A stretch of 64,000 bases of DNA from Trichosphaerium sp. ATCC 40318 (Eukaryota > Protista > Tubulinea), in contig JALMLS010000411.1 in NCBI GenBank assembly GCA_038496445.1, positions 147,906-211,905 of the forward strand, written 5' to 3'. The notes under the pieces were generated by a model. It had not been told where the DNA came from. It ran no database searches and worked only from the letters and a program-made list of their open reading frames with translations. Shown here in pieces: positions 36,401-48,561 of the stretch. A program made the translations under genes and the position numbers. Every line of letters begins with the position of its first letter. The first letter of the stretch is position 1.

Positions 36401-39400
36401 GACAGCTATAGCTCTGTCTCGTCTTCCACGCCATACTTTTTGAAATACTATCGCTGCAGCAACTCTCTTACGCTCTTCTTTGATACGTTTTCTAGTAAGA
36501 AATCCACGAACAGTTTTTTGCATTTTGATGACGTAAGGAAGCATGACTTCACCAAGTTTATCATCAATCTGTTGCATCTATTTCAAAGTTATTTTTAGAT
36601 GGAAGGAAAGATTAGATTAATGTACGTACAGTTTCACTTCTTAGGAAGACTTTAGCAGTACCCAACTGACACTGTTTTTTGTCCAAACCCAAGAACTCAA
36701 CAATAGCCTTACATTTTTGTTTTGGTTTTCCTGTTGCTTTAGGTTGCATAATAGAATACCTGTCACGTGTTATGTTAGATATTTCGTATTTATGTTGTAG
36801 GCGTACCTTTCAAGGAAATGAGCGAACTCCAATCGTACAGGGTATCCAGATTGACGGATTTTTATTGTTTCCAATACACCTGAACAATTTAGTTGTTGAA
36901 GTACTTGGCCTCCGTTGAAGACATTAGGCTGTCTCAACAGGTTAGGTTTGATACACCTAAGGTTACATTAATACCTCATCAAAGCAAACTTAAAAAGCTA
37001 CCTAATCCAGTGCGGATCAGTCATGTTGATACGTTCCATCAAACTGGTGAGTTGCATCTAAGGATATTAAGTTTAAGCTCTTTAGAATTTTTCTAATATC
37101 ATACCCTGAATTGTGTACCGACTGTCACAGGTTTACCACGGAATACTTTCGCTTTCTGAAGCAGATTTTGGATCATTGGATCCTTACTTTTACGCATCAT
37201 ATCAACGAGACTATCTTTTAAGGCGTCCTTGTTCTTATCCAAGAACTTTGTAACAGTGTACATAACCTGTAATACAACATTTTAGTTAAAAAACACTTAT
37301 CGCTACTAGCGTATTCTAAAAATAGATAACAAAAAATATGAAAATAAGCACGTGCTAGATGTATAAAATACCTTTTCTGCGTAATGCTCAATACCAAATT
37401 GTTCTCTACTAATTCTTGGAGAATTGAATGCAGTATGTTTTGAATGTTGATTCTTTATCTTCTGAAGGAAATTCTCATCTGAGCCTTTTGGGAAATTACA
37501 CTCTTCATCAAGGAGTGATAAGATACTCATGCGTTTCTAAGTAGTCATGTTATTAACAAATAACAGCATTATCTAGAATCGTACTCCTCCAATAAGATCA
37601 AGCGTTGACTGATTGTCTTCGAACTCAATTGCTTCATAATCAATTCCTTCCGATGCACAAGCTTCCAACTCCCACTTGAAATTATGTCTATTGTAATGCT
37701 GTTGGAGTGTTTCATTGGCGTAGTTGATACAAAACTGTTCAAAAAAGTTGTGCTACAGAGTCATTAGATCAAACAACAGTGTGATATTTAAAAAAGAACA
37801 AACCTTGAAGCTTTCAAATCCAAAAATATCCAATAAACTAATAAACAAATCCGCTCTTGGGTCGTTAATAGTGTAGTTAATCTTCTGAACTATCCAGTCG
37901 AATAAAGATCCATATAGAGCCTTTGCAAGAGCATCACGTGTATCTATGGCCTAAAGAGTGTCAGAACACATTTGTTTCATACAAGAACGTACTTGTGAAA
38001 CTGTGTAAGGAACAACATAATATTCTTTTGCTATTTTGTTTTTTCTTGTAAGCAAATCATTTGACAGCTTCTCAGCGTCTACTTTTAAGTTGTCCGCTAC
38101 AGCTTTTACAACTTTAGGATTATCAATATGAGCTTCATCGCTATTATTAGCTATTATGTTGACATTGCCAAGGAGCAATACAGCATTAACAATACGGAAT
38201 ACTGAATCACGTTCTTCGTCGTTTATATCTATCAAAGACATAGACTCAATTACAGCTTTGAGCTCTTTCTAAAGTCCGTTTGAGAACGACTTTGATCCCT
38301 TATACTATGACGTACTTCCTCATCAAGGCCAACTACACTCGTACAGCCACTCTTGTTCAAGTAGTTATAATGTGAAGGTGATTTAAGGTCATATTTGGCT
38401 CTACAGTTGCGTTAATATTTAAAACAATCCAGTTCCGCCGGAGATTGTGTTATCCTGTCGTACTTTAATTCATCTGAAGATCCTTCTAATAGCATATAGA
38501 AGATATGATAATTCCTTTCTCCTTAGCTTGGCTCACTACACGACTCTAATTTAAAGATTAGTGAGGCAACAAATAATAAAACAAGATTCTCCTTTTACCT
38601 TTTCAAGCAAATAGTTATCTATACTTGCTCCAGATAATCTTCCGTTATCATCAAATAGTAATCTAATAAATTTACCCTAAAAGTTAAAATATCACGTGAG
38701 AAAAAACGTGATTTCTGAATAAAAAAATGAATCAAGAACTTTTTTTTTTTCATTTTCAATAAAAATCGTACAAAACGGCTAGAATTATCGTTTCGAAGTG
38801 TTTTAGCGTTTCCTATCAAACAATAAATGTTAGAAATCCTTATTGTAGTAAAAATAAAAACATACCAAAAGCCTCAAGAATAGGATTTGTTCCTTGTATT
38901 TGAGCACGAATTCTATTACCATGCTCTCCCTTACTACTCAAGTGTGATAAATATTTCATAGCTATCTAAATGTATAACGTCAGCGAATAGGTTACACCTA
39001 TTGGTATGGCGTCATTACCTTGGCGGTTTCTGTCTACAAGAAAATTAGTTGATGGTTTTATTAGTCAAGAATTACTTACTTTTCCCGCTCCAGATTCCCC
39101 ACTGATCAATATAGACTGGGATTTAGAGTCTACAAATATTAGAGACAGGCTATTATAGATCTTTTGTGACCTCGTAGTAAAGTAGCGTAGCACTCGTCCG
39201 CCATAGCGAAAATATGTGGTGGATTGTCTTCATATTGTTTATTCTTGTACCTAGGCTGTTTTTAGTGCCATCACGTGTCACTTGTTATCAAAAGACAATG
39301 AGAAAATAGCTAAAGACGTACGAATCCATTAGTTTATCAGTGTATATGTTAAGCTTCTTGAATGGATTGACAGCAATGATAATACGACCAGTGTATGTCT

Positions 39401-39924
39401 ATTTTAGAAAAAAACAGTATAAGGGAAACAGAAAGTTACAAGTCGCGTTGTCGCTACTACTAACGTACGTATATCTTATCTTGTGCATAGCGCTGTTTTA
39501 AATTATGTAGTAAAGTAGATGTATGCAGTTCAGGAAGGTATAACATATCACTATGATCTTCTAGAGCCTTTTCATCAAGTATAGTTCTTATTTTTTCTTT
39601 TGGCACCACGTGCTCATCCTATTTAAATTTAAACGCTTGTACATTAAACACGGGTAACCAAACTACGTACGGAATCATCATTTGCTTTAATCTGAAACAA
39701 TGTAACTCCTTTCTCTCCCTTCATGACAAATTCAATCTTACCAGGTAGCCAACCCTCCTCGTCATCGTTAAAAAACACTAGGGTGCCCTAAAACAAAAAA
39801 ATGTATTCATCAGCCAAAAAGCCACTTTGCCTCTTTTTTTGTCTAAACAAAAGTACACGCTTATCGGGTGTGTATAGGAATGAATTAAATCAATATAACA
39901 TACCGGAGACAGATCAAGGGCCAT
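33446..39924 (-). CDS. Myosin heavy chain: SH3-like N-terminus, motor, IQ motifs, ER/K helix, C-terminal WD40 repeats
   Basis: GESGAGKTETAK, NDNSSRFG, DIFGFE, LLDEEC, IQ motifs MQKTVRG and FQKVWRG, WD40 [10 protein letters not shown] and [10 protein letters not shown]; splice phases checked through the tail. Confidence 0.9.
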
Positions 39925-40882
39925 TGCGTTCTTTCTTCAAGTTGAAGTTTTATGACGTCTTGTAAATGTGTACGTCGCGAAGTTCTTAACAGACGACTTG
40001 ACTTGTTTACCCAATATGACGTTTCGGAGTGCACTATTTTTATAACCAATTTTAGAGTGTTGTTGTTATCTCCGTTTTGTTCTTCTTTGTCGTTCTTGCA
40101 GGTTATGTCGGTTAAAAACTGCTTGACGTTTTGAGGAATCAGGCTGACTTTTGTTGATTTTTTGCAGAGTTTCTCCGATTAAACACTTGATTGTGGTTGA
40201 ATGTGGTTGTAGTGCGTAGGAACGGTATTGCTATAATGCACAGACGTAAGAAACAACGTAAAGTGAATAACACTCCAAGTACAGCTGATTAAATCATAAA
40301 GTCGTTTATTGTTGCTTAGAAAAGGATCCTTTTATTGAATTCTGTATTAATGGGCGCTCTAAACCAATAATACAGAATAGAATGCGTTGGGAAAGCATAA
40401 ATAAGGGTAACACATTAATTCCACTGCCATGGGACCAGCAACGCACGGTATAGCATATTTCTAGTATTCATAGCGTCTAATTCGTGGCAGGCAGATCGAT
40501 TTGACGTTAGATTGCTTGTTCAGTCCAAAGCAGATTTAAAAGGGCCTAATATGCCTCTAAGAACCGTATACTTCGAGGTACGATGGTAACGGCTATTGTA
40601 GCATAGATATTTTTATTAAAAGCTAATTATCATCCAGCACGAGTGCATGGCGCAAGTAGAACGCTTTAGAGACCTTTTTATTACAGGTAATTATTTATTC
40701 AGAAAATCATTTGCTTTTTCTCTATTTGGTCGCTTTTGTATACTGAGCGTACCTAACAGACTTAACATAGCCGGCCATAGCAAAAATGGCTTACATTAAA
40801 ACAATAACACGTGTGAAAAGGTGAAAACAACAAAAACGAACTTCAAACAATAAAATAATTCGACAAAAAACAAAAATCCCGA

Positions 40883-42506
40883 ATGGCAGACTGAACTCTC
40901 CTTTATTTTGTGTCTACCTTAGCTAATAGTACTGTATAGATATTCCTGAACGAGATGATACTCCTAGAGGCAAGTATAGCCAAGTGGCATTCACCTATGA
41001 TACCGTACGTGATGGGTTAAGTTTTTTTTTCAAAACTTTGTGGTTAGGAGGAACCAGCGAAAACACCTGATTCTGAGGATGAGGGTACGTCTCGTAAGCA
41101 TTTTTGCATGCTCTTATATATCATAGAGCCTAAAGAAACCAAAAAAGATGATGGAGTGTATAAAGTACCCTTCGATGTTCCTGTAAACATGATAACTGTA
41201 AGTGTTTGTCAGCCTTTTTTTTTCCTTGGTTAACTTTTTTGTTGCTCTCTAGCCTTCCCATGAAAATATTGTCCTTATTATACAACGTACAGCAGATTAT
41301 ATTAATGATAGTGGTCAATATAACCTTGAAAAAATACGAAAGGAGCAAGCAGATAATTCTAACTTCGGATTCTTAAAAGAAGATAACATGTTTCATCCTT
41401 TTTTTCTGTTTCTCTTAAAGTCAGAAAGAGAAAGAAGTCAAACAGTTATAATGTCAAAGATACATAAAAAGAAGGCAGAAGAACTAGAGAAAGAGCGTCG
41501 TAAAGCTGCAAAAGAGGTAGAAATGGCTCAAGAAGCGAAAAAAAAGAAAGAAGATAATATTATTAGAGTTAAGGGAGAGCTCTTGATATCCAAGTTTGTC
41601 GATTATGTTGTTGCGAATGGACTTGCTTTTGAGAAAGAAATAAGGTCTAGGAATGTTGGTAATAAGTCATTTGGTTTCTTAAACAAAGGACATGCTCTCT
41701 ATGACTTATATCAAGAAAAATTACAAGCTAGTTTCGACAAAATAAAAGCAAAACAAGCAAGAGATACAAAGCGCCAAGAAGATGAAAGAAAAAAAGCTCG
41801 TATGGCTGGTATGACACATGAAGAGAAGATAGCTGCACAAAAGTATTTAGAAGAACAGAAGAAAGCTGAAAGAAGAGATAAGGCGAAGAAAATGCTCGCT
41901 CTCCTTCGCGAAAAAGGTAAAAAGCAATTTCCAGAAGTTTTTTTCTAACACGTGCTGATAAGGTGAGATAACAAATGAAGGCAATAACTCAAGTTGTGAA
42001 GAAGAAAAAGAACATAAAGTAGTAGAAAAGAATAGTAAAAGGACATCTTCTTCAAGATATGATGATGACAGTTCAGATGAATCAAGCAGTGAAAGTTCTA
42101 GTACAAGGTTTGACAAATTTTTTTGCTTCAGTTTTTTTTTTTTTTGTTTTGATGTTCCTTTTCTTACTCTGGGCGTAGTAGTTATAGCAGGAGACGTAAG
42201 AGAAAACGATCTAGATCACGTTCATCATCTTTGTCATCAAGTTCGTCGTACTCATCACGCCAACGAAGGTACACAAGATCGATTTTTTTTCCTTGTTTTT
42301 TTTGTTGATCTCAATTTTTAGCTCCAGAAGACACAAGTCTCGTTCTTCGCGAAGAAGAATCTCGTCATAGCTCTAGATCTAGCTCCCGTCACAAATCACA
42401 CAAGCGCTCTAGATCACGTGACAGACATAGAAGTAAACGAAGGCGTTACGATAGTAAATCAAAGCGTGATAGGCATAAACGAAGATCAAGTAGCAGAAGA
42501 GACTAG
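40883..42506 (+). CDS. SURP/SWAP-domain protein with RS tail (splicing factor)
   Basis: Two SURP-like motifs (NFGFLKEDNMFHPFF; KFVDYVVANGLAFE..SFGFL..HALY) and an RS-rich C-terminus; start codon uncertain. Confidence 0.75.
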
Positions 42507-42588
42507 CAATAAAAAATGAAATAAAAAAAAGACAAAGACTCTGGTTGTTTGCAAAATCTTACAAGTTGTTGTTGTGGTAGACCAAAAC

Positions 42589-43162
42589 AAAAAGAGGTGG
42601 TAGATGCTTGAAGTTCGCAGCGTGTAATCGGATTACCAGGGCGTTGTACAATGATGGGTAGTGCCACTAGTAAGTGCTTTTTCAGACGTGAATTTTTGCA
42701 GAGTTACGTCGAATCAGCGATTTCCTGCCTAGCACCACGTGGTGTTCCCCCCACAAGCTGTGGGGCACTCATTGCGGGCTCGCATGGATATTACAAGGTA
42801 GGGTACCAGCAGCGACCTTAAAGCTTTTAACTAAAGGGTCCAATCGTGTGCTGGGGTCCTTGGGTAAGAACATAAGTTACAGCTGTAGTTCCAAGAGTAG
42901 GAGTATTTCATGGTCGGTGTCCGTCGGGCTTGACGGAAGCCTCCTCCCTATGCTACACCTCCAGGAACAGTAAACAGAAATCAGTGCTACAGGAGAACCC
43001 ACAGAAAGAGTATCTGGGGTTACTCCTGTATTAATGCAGTCTTTTTCAGTAGAGTGAATAGAAGTTGATAGTTGTTAGAGTATTTCGTTTAGATGATGTT
43101 TCGATGAAGGACATCGCCGTTTAGATTCTCATCTATGCTTCATAGACATCACATTCCACCTC
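42589..43162 (-). ncRNA. Putative Pol III structured ncRNA, ~570 nt, family unidentified
   Basis: GC-richer island without an ORF; 5' GAGGUGG pairs with 3' CCACCUC immediately followed by T5; many hairpins; no internal T4; TCCCACAA and a TATA-like box upstream. Confidence 0.72.
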
Positions 43163-43186
43163 GAAAAATAAAAACAAGTAAACGTC

Positions 43187-43226
43187 TTTTATTTACTCGT
43201 TTTTTCAAATTTTTTTTGTTGTGGGA
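43187..43226 (-). promoter_or_regulatory. DUSE-like element TCCCACAA (-64) plus TAAATAAAA (-33)
   Basis: Matches the Dictyostelium upstream sequence element consensus WCCCAYAA at its known ~-63 position. Confidence 0.7.
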
Positions 43227-43747
43227 TGTAGAATGTTTTTAAATAAGCCGTTTGAGGTATGGTTTAAGAGAAGTTGCTTTTTTTGCTAAAAATAACGAAA
43301 ATTCTGTCCTTCAGAAAAGGGACGTGTCATTTTCTGTGACTTAACAAATATTTTGATTCAAATTCAAGTTCTTGTTTAAACGCGCTGTTTAGTATACCAA
43401 CATTAAACGCTCTTATTTGATTATCACGTTGTGCACATCTTTTATTGACACGCGCAGCTTGTCACTAGTTGTTACTTGAACAATACAGGTCAGCATATTG
43501 CTATGAAACAAAAGCCGCTGGTAAAACACTTTCGGCACTGCTTGGACACGTGACGGTCTATCTTGGTGCTACGAAATAATATGTACACTAACCTTGGTAA
43601 TGCTCACACGAAAAGAATACAACGTACGTCTTCAATACTGTAAACGTTATAAATATTTTTGAATTAAGCAACAACTTGTTTGAACACTACGTTTGGTTGT
43701 TTTATGTTTAACTACTAATTAATCACTCTATTTTACAGAAAATGTTG

Positions 43748-46113
43748 TTATTCATCGAAGAGAGAACTCATATCATTTACAAGGGACCTACAAAAACCAA
43801 AATGATCAGATACATACGCCACTTATTTGAAATCAACTTTTTTTTGCAAACAAAAAAAAACCCTCTGCCTACCTTTGCACTGACCGCTTTTCTATGTCTC
43901 TGATTGCTTCTATATCCCAGTCAACTTCAGGGTATACTTCACGAATTATATAAGTCCAATAGTTAGAGATACCACCTCCGGCGTTCTTGATTTGTATCAC
44001 TGACACCTACATAGCATTATTTAGAATTGACAATTGGCAAGGTGATAAAAAAGGTGTACTCGTCGCCAATCCTCTACATCTTTTATGTTGAACTCTTTCT
44101 CCATTCCTCGAATACACTCCGATATATTATCCCAGTTTTTCCAATATCCTTTTGGCAAATTATCTGTACGATCTTAAGAGTTTTAATTAGATGTTGATTT
44201 TTTAAACTAATTAGTTCATATTACCTTCAAAACTTGCACGTGGTTTCCATTTATGGAATGGGTATATAGCTGTTAGAAATCCACTAAAGGTTCCGCCAAA
44301 GTGCCTTCAAACAAATACAGTAAGGTTTAGGAAAAATGATGACAACAACAGTTAGGGAGCTAGCTCTTAAGCTCTTGGATGTTTTCATAAAAAACGAAAC
44401 AACATGTACTGTAGAACACCGCCACCTCCAATGCGAAACATATCTTCGTATCTTACTCTATTCCAATCATTAATTTCATTGATATGTAAATCTTTCTCTG
44501 CCTGTTAAAATAACACGTTAGGTTAGGCTTCTGTTTTTTTAGAGTACTTTTAATACGAAATCAATAATATTATCACTACAGTTCCAGTATCCATAAGGCA
44601 CCTTTGCTACACTCCATAAGCATACTAATAAGTAATTAATCGGGTACCATTTGGTGCAGCAAATTCACTCTTGTCCCAAGTGTAATCAGGGTATGCTGCT
44701 CTGAGAGCTTTATACAAAGATCCTCCGAAATGACTATTTGCAAAAACAAAAAGTTAACAATTACACTCCATTACTTTATCTTTATACCCTAATAATCCTG
44801 CTCCACCAAGTTTTCTAATCATGCTTCGTGGAACATATGATAACTCACTGACATTAGATAAATCCATCTCAGACATGACCTGTTAGATATATTAAGTTAC
44901 ATTGCCTTGAAAGAAAACTTACATTACTGAAAAAACGTCTACGGGCTTCATGGGAATGCCAATAGTTTGCTGGTACAGCGCCTAGAGTAACATGTTTTAT
45001 TTTAAAGGATTGATTGTATCTAAAAGAGAGCGTACCTGCCAGCCAGTGCATATTCTTTTTGTGAAACAAGTATGTAATCATTGCATCAAAATTCTCAAAA
45101 GGTCTAAACATTTTCTGTTGTTAACCGAATAACCTTCAGAACTATAACTCATACGTTATTAGTGAGTGAGCTCCAACATTAAATATATCTTGTTCAGTTA
45201 CATCCTTCCATTGTGAGTTACGTGTAATGTCTAGATCGAACTCGAGCTATCATAGAACTCAGGTTTGAAGTCATATTTTAAAGTACCTCAGCAACACTCT
45301 CACTGTTGTCCCAAAAGTTTCGTGACGCATTGTGAGCAAACTTCCAAGTACGCCAAGATTTTTGTGGATATACAGAAGAAAGAACTTGCGATAAATCTGT
45401 CCAGTAAAACCTGATACAAACAAAAAATCAACATCTTTTTTTCACGTTTTTTTCTTACTTGAACATTTTGGCGCCATACTTTCCTACTACACGCTCATTG
45501 TAGTTATACCATCCATCTAAATCCTTTATGCTGTACTTTTCTGCTATCTATAGCATACAATGAATTGGGAGTGCAAGATGCACACATTCACGCACGTGAT
45601 CAAACAATAGACGAAGAGACTTTGGAGATTCCCAAAAGCCGACCGGCGGTTGTGCTTGTTAAAAATGTCACACGTGTATACGCTGTAATAATAATTGGCG
45701 TACAGAACTTCCATGGAAGCCATGTATAGTTAGGGTACATCGCAGAGAGTATTGTCGGTACAGAAAACTCGTATGTTCTGTAATATCGTTAGAGTATTCA
45801 TGCAGTGTTTTATTGCTTGTACGTAAGTAAGTCTCTTGCGCCAACGACTTCTAAATCCTGCCAAGTGACATTGTACCAATCTTGTCTACAATGTACTCGT
45901 AATGTTTCTTCTACCTTTTAGCCAATTAAACGACAACATTTACGCCGTCTGAGTACGTACAACGTTTAATAACTCTTTTGTTGGTGCTAACGAGTGTTTA
46001 GGCTTTTCAGTACGCTGTACAGTATGATTGCGCCTTTTTGCGCATTTTAAGCGTTTACAGCTAGCTAGTGTCCCAGAATTTAGGAATACCAACAATCCAG
46101 AGCGAGGTAACAT
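43748..46113 (-). CDS. Trp-rich helical repeat protein (W.F...P..FW / WY repeats), possibly mitochondrion-targeted
   Basis: Repeated exons such as PAGFWESP, RNFWDN, PANYWHS, PYGYW, PKGYWKN, YP...W; basic N-terminus without acidic residues; 3' end approximate. Confidence 0.7.
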
Positions 46114-46284
46114 GCATAATTTGTGTTGCAAGCCAAACTGACAACTACCACCAAATTAAAACAGTCCAACTTTTTAGTTGTAAAACGATTCAGAGAAGAT
46201 CATTAAGCACATCAACACTCGCATGAAAAACATAATATTATCATAATTCATGCAATAAGGTGGCTTACCTACACACCTATCATC

Positions 46285-48225
46285 ATGAGCAAACCAAGAC
46301 ATACCTGTAAGGTCTACTTTGGCAAGGATATACGCAAATTCGTCCTAACGGGGACTACATACGCTTTACTAGTGGATGAGGTGCTTAGAAGATACAATTT
46401 AGACGATTTACCTTCATACACCCTAAAATACGAGGATGAAGATGGAGATCGTATAACAATAGCATGGTGCGCGTTTTACGACGTTATGAAAATATAGTTG
46501 CTTATTTTGCAAAAAGCGATGACGACGTTAAAATGGCGCTTTCTGTGTCATCTCCTGCCCGCCTATGGCTTGAAGAAGAATCACCTCCAAATCGGCGAAA
46601 ACAACAGGTAAAATACTCCCTGATAGCGTCAATAACAATTGTACAGGTAGAACGACGGCGTAGAGATGTGGTAGCTTCTGAACCTGCTCCGGTTGTACCT
46701 ACAGCAACAATAACATACCCAAACCAACAACCACGCCAAATACACCCAACGCTTAATGCACCAATAATTTATAATCAACCTCAACAAATTCCCGAGTCTC
46801 TAGGTCCTCTTGGCCCTAACGTTGATGCTTCTGTGGGTTTAACAGACCAACTAGCGGATATTAGGTGCGTTGCACATAGTGGCCACTGTGGCTCATACTA
46901 GTGTGGTCGAAATCTATAAATATGATTCAACAACCATTGACACATTGTAGGGAGAAACAAATATTACTCACTATGCAGCAAAGAAACTTGAAAGCGAGCA
47001 TAAGACGTGAAGAACATAATCAACGTATATTGGATCGCTTGGCTGAAAAGAGAAGAAGAGCTGGAAAAGGAGGGCACTGGGTTGGCACTCCAGATAATCG
47101 TAATACAAGACAAAGCAGTAGTGGTGGTGTTTATGTTCCGCCACATCGTGCACAAAAACTTTCCAACAGTGAGGCTATGTATCAACGTTATGGATCAAAA
47201 CACACTCACAACGCAAGAAATGGACCCAGACAAGGTCGTGCACATGCTAATACACGTGCAGCACCACAGCATAAGGGTGGCCGCCCTAAAAGCGTTCACC
47301 ATAGCCGTCGCTGTGGACAAAACCGTGGTACACCAGAAAATCCAATACAAAGACCACAGAGACGGACAAAGTATGGCGCACGTATGGTTGAACATGTTAC
47401 AGTACCAGACGGTATACAATTTCGCGGTGGTGTAGACTTTGTTAAAACGTGGCGTATGAGGAATATAGGGGCAGAGATATGGCCCGAAGGTACGCTACTG
47501 CAATTAATCTATTAATTTTTTTGTACAATTATTTTTTTCGAAACTGACATCATCATTTTTTTCAGGTGTGAATGTGCTTCTTGTAAGTCGCGATAATGTC
47601 TTGAATGCTCCTGCATCAACGCCTTTAAATATTAAAACGTTTCCTGACCAAGAGGTAGAAGTTAGCATTCCTATGAGAGCGCCTATAGGTATGTTTCTTG
47701 TTCTCGGTTTTGGTGTTAAGATAACTCTAATTTTCACGTGAAATTTCAATTGTGATCTGACACGGTTTTTTATTTAGCTCGAGGAGACTACGAATTATTC
47801 TTCAAACTTGCTCTTCCTTCTGGTAGAAAGTTCGGGCCAAGACTTCGTATAAAAATAACGAGTAATGGTGTTGCTTGCGACGATGATTATTTGTCCGAGT
47901 CAATTTCTGATTCTGATGAAGCAGAGGCATATCTAGATGAGATTGCCAGACTTGAGGTAAGGGTCAAAACACGTTATCAAGTTAGTTGTGCCATAGTGGT
48001 ATCACGTGCAATAGTGGTAACACAGTGACCAACTATCTTGTAATACTTTCGATGTGAGTCTCATTTATACTTATAAAATTCTTTCTTAAGGAAATGGGAT
48101 TTAAGTGTAATAAAAGAGCTATACGATTGTTGGATGAACATGAAGGAAATGTACCTGCAGTTGTTAAAGTGCTCATAGCACGCAAGCTAAGAAAAGCTGG
48201 ATTGAGCAGTAAGTTGTCTGTTTAA
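46285..48225 (+). CDS. NBR1/p62-like selective autophagy receptor (PB1, FW domain, UBA)
   Basis: PB1 KVYFGKDIRKF..LKYEDEDGDRITI; FW domain VTVPDG..FVKTWRMRNIG..WPEG..FGPRL; UBA LEEMGF. Confidence 0.85.
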
Positions 48226-48561
48226 GGACTCAGGTCAACGGCTTGTAATTTATTGTATCAAATAAAAAACAGTAATTTATTCAACTTGGAATTTTACTTT
48301 GGATTGATAACCCACTGGAGATAGAGTTCGAGCACGCCTTCGTCACAAGGCATTACCTGGCTATACTGGGTTTCTGTAAAGAGGCATTCTGCCGATAAGT
48401 AGGAAAGCATAACGCAACGAAAGTGCAAAATGTTTCAAAAAAAACGAAGTTTGGTTAATGTTAAGCCACTCTTTTTTTTGATAAGCGAAACAGTGAATCG
48501 ACATTGTTAGCTAACAGGCTATAATTACCAACGCGACCAGCCTCAACACGCGTACTCGCGT

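Noticed and set aside
40388-40397. GGGAAAG as RNase P/MRP CR-I
   Set aside because: The P4 helix cannot be completed with the 3' GCTTTA segment.
42690-42698. Sm-site-like AATTTTTG on the plus strand
   Set aside because: Lies inside a hairpin, and the promoter/terminator evidence points to the minus strand.
42972-42990. RNase P CR-V-like ACAGAAATCAGTGCTA
   Set aside because: One base too long, no matching CR-I/P4 partner, and not near the 3' end.
48300-48420. U1-like (TTACCTGGC) or U5-like (GCCTCTTTAC) fragments with small hairpins
   Set aside because: Motifs are imperfect and lack the rest of the snRNA structure and an Sm site.
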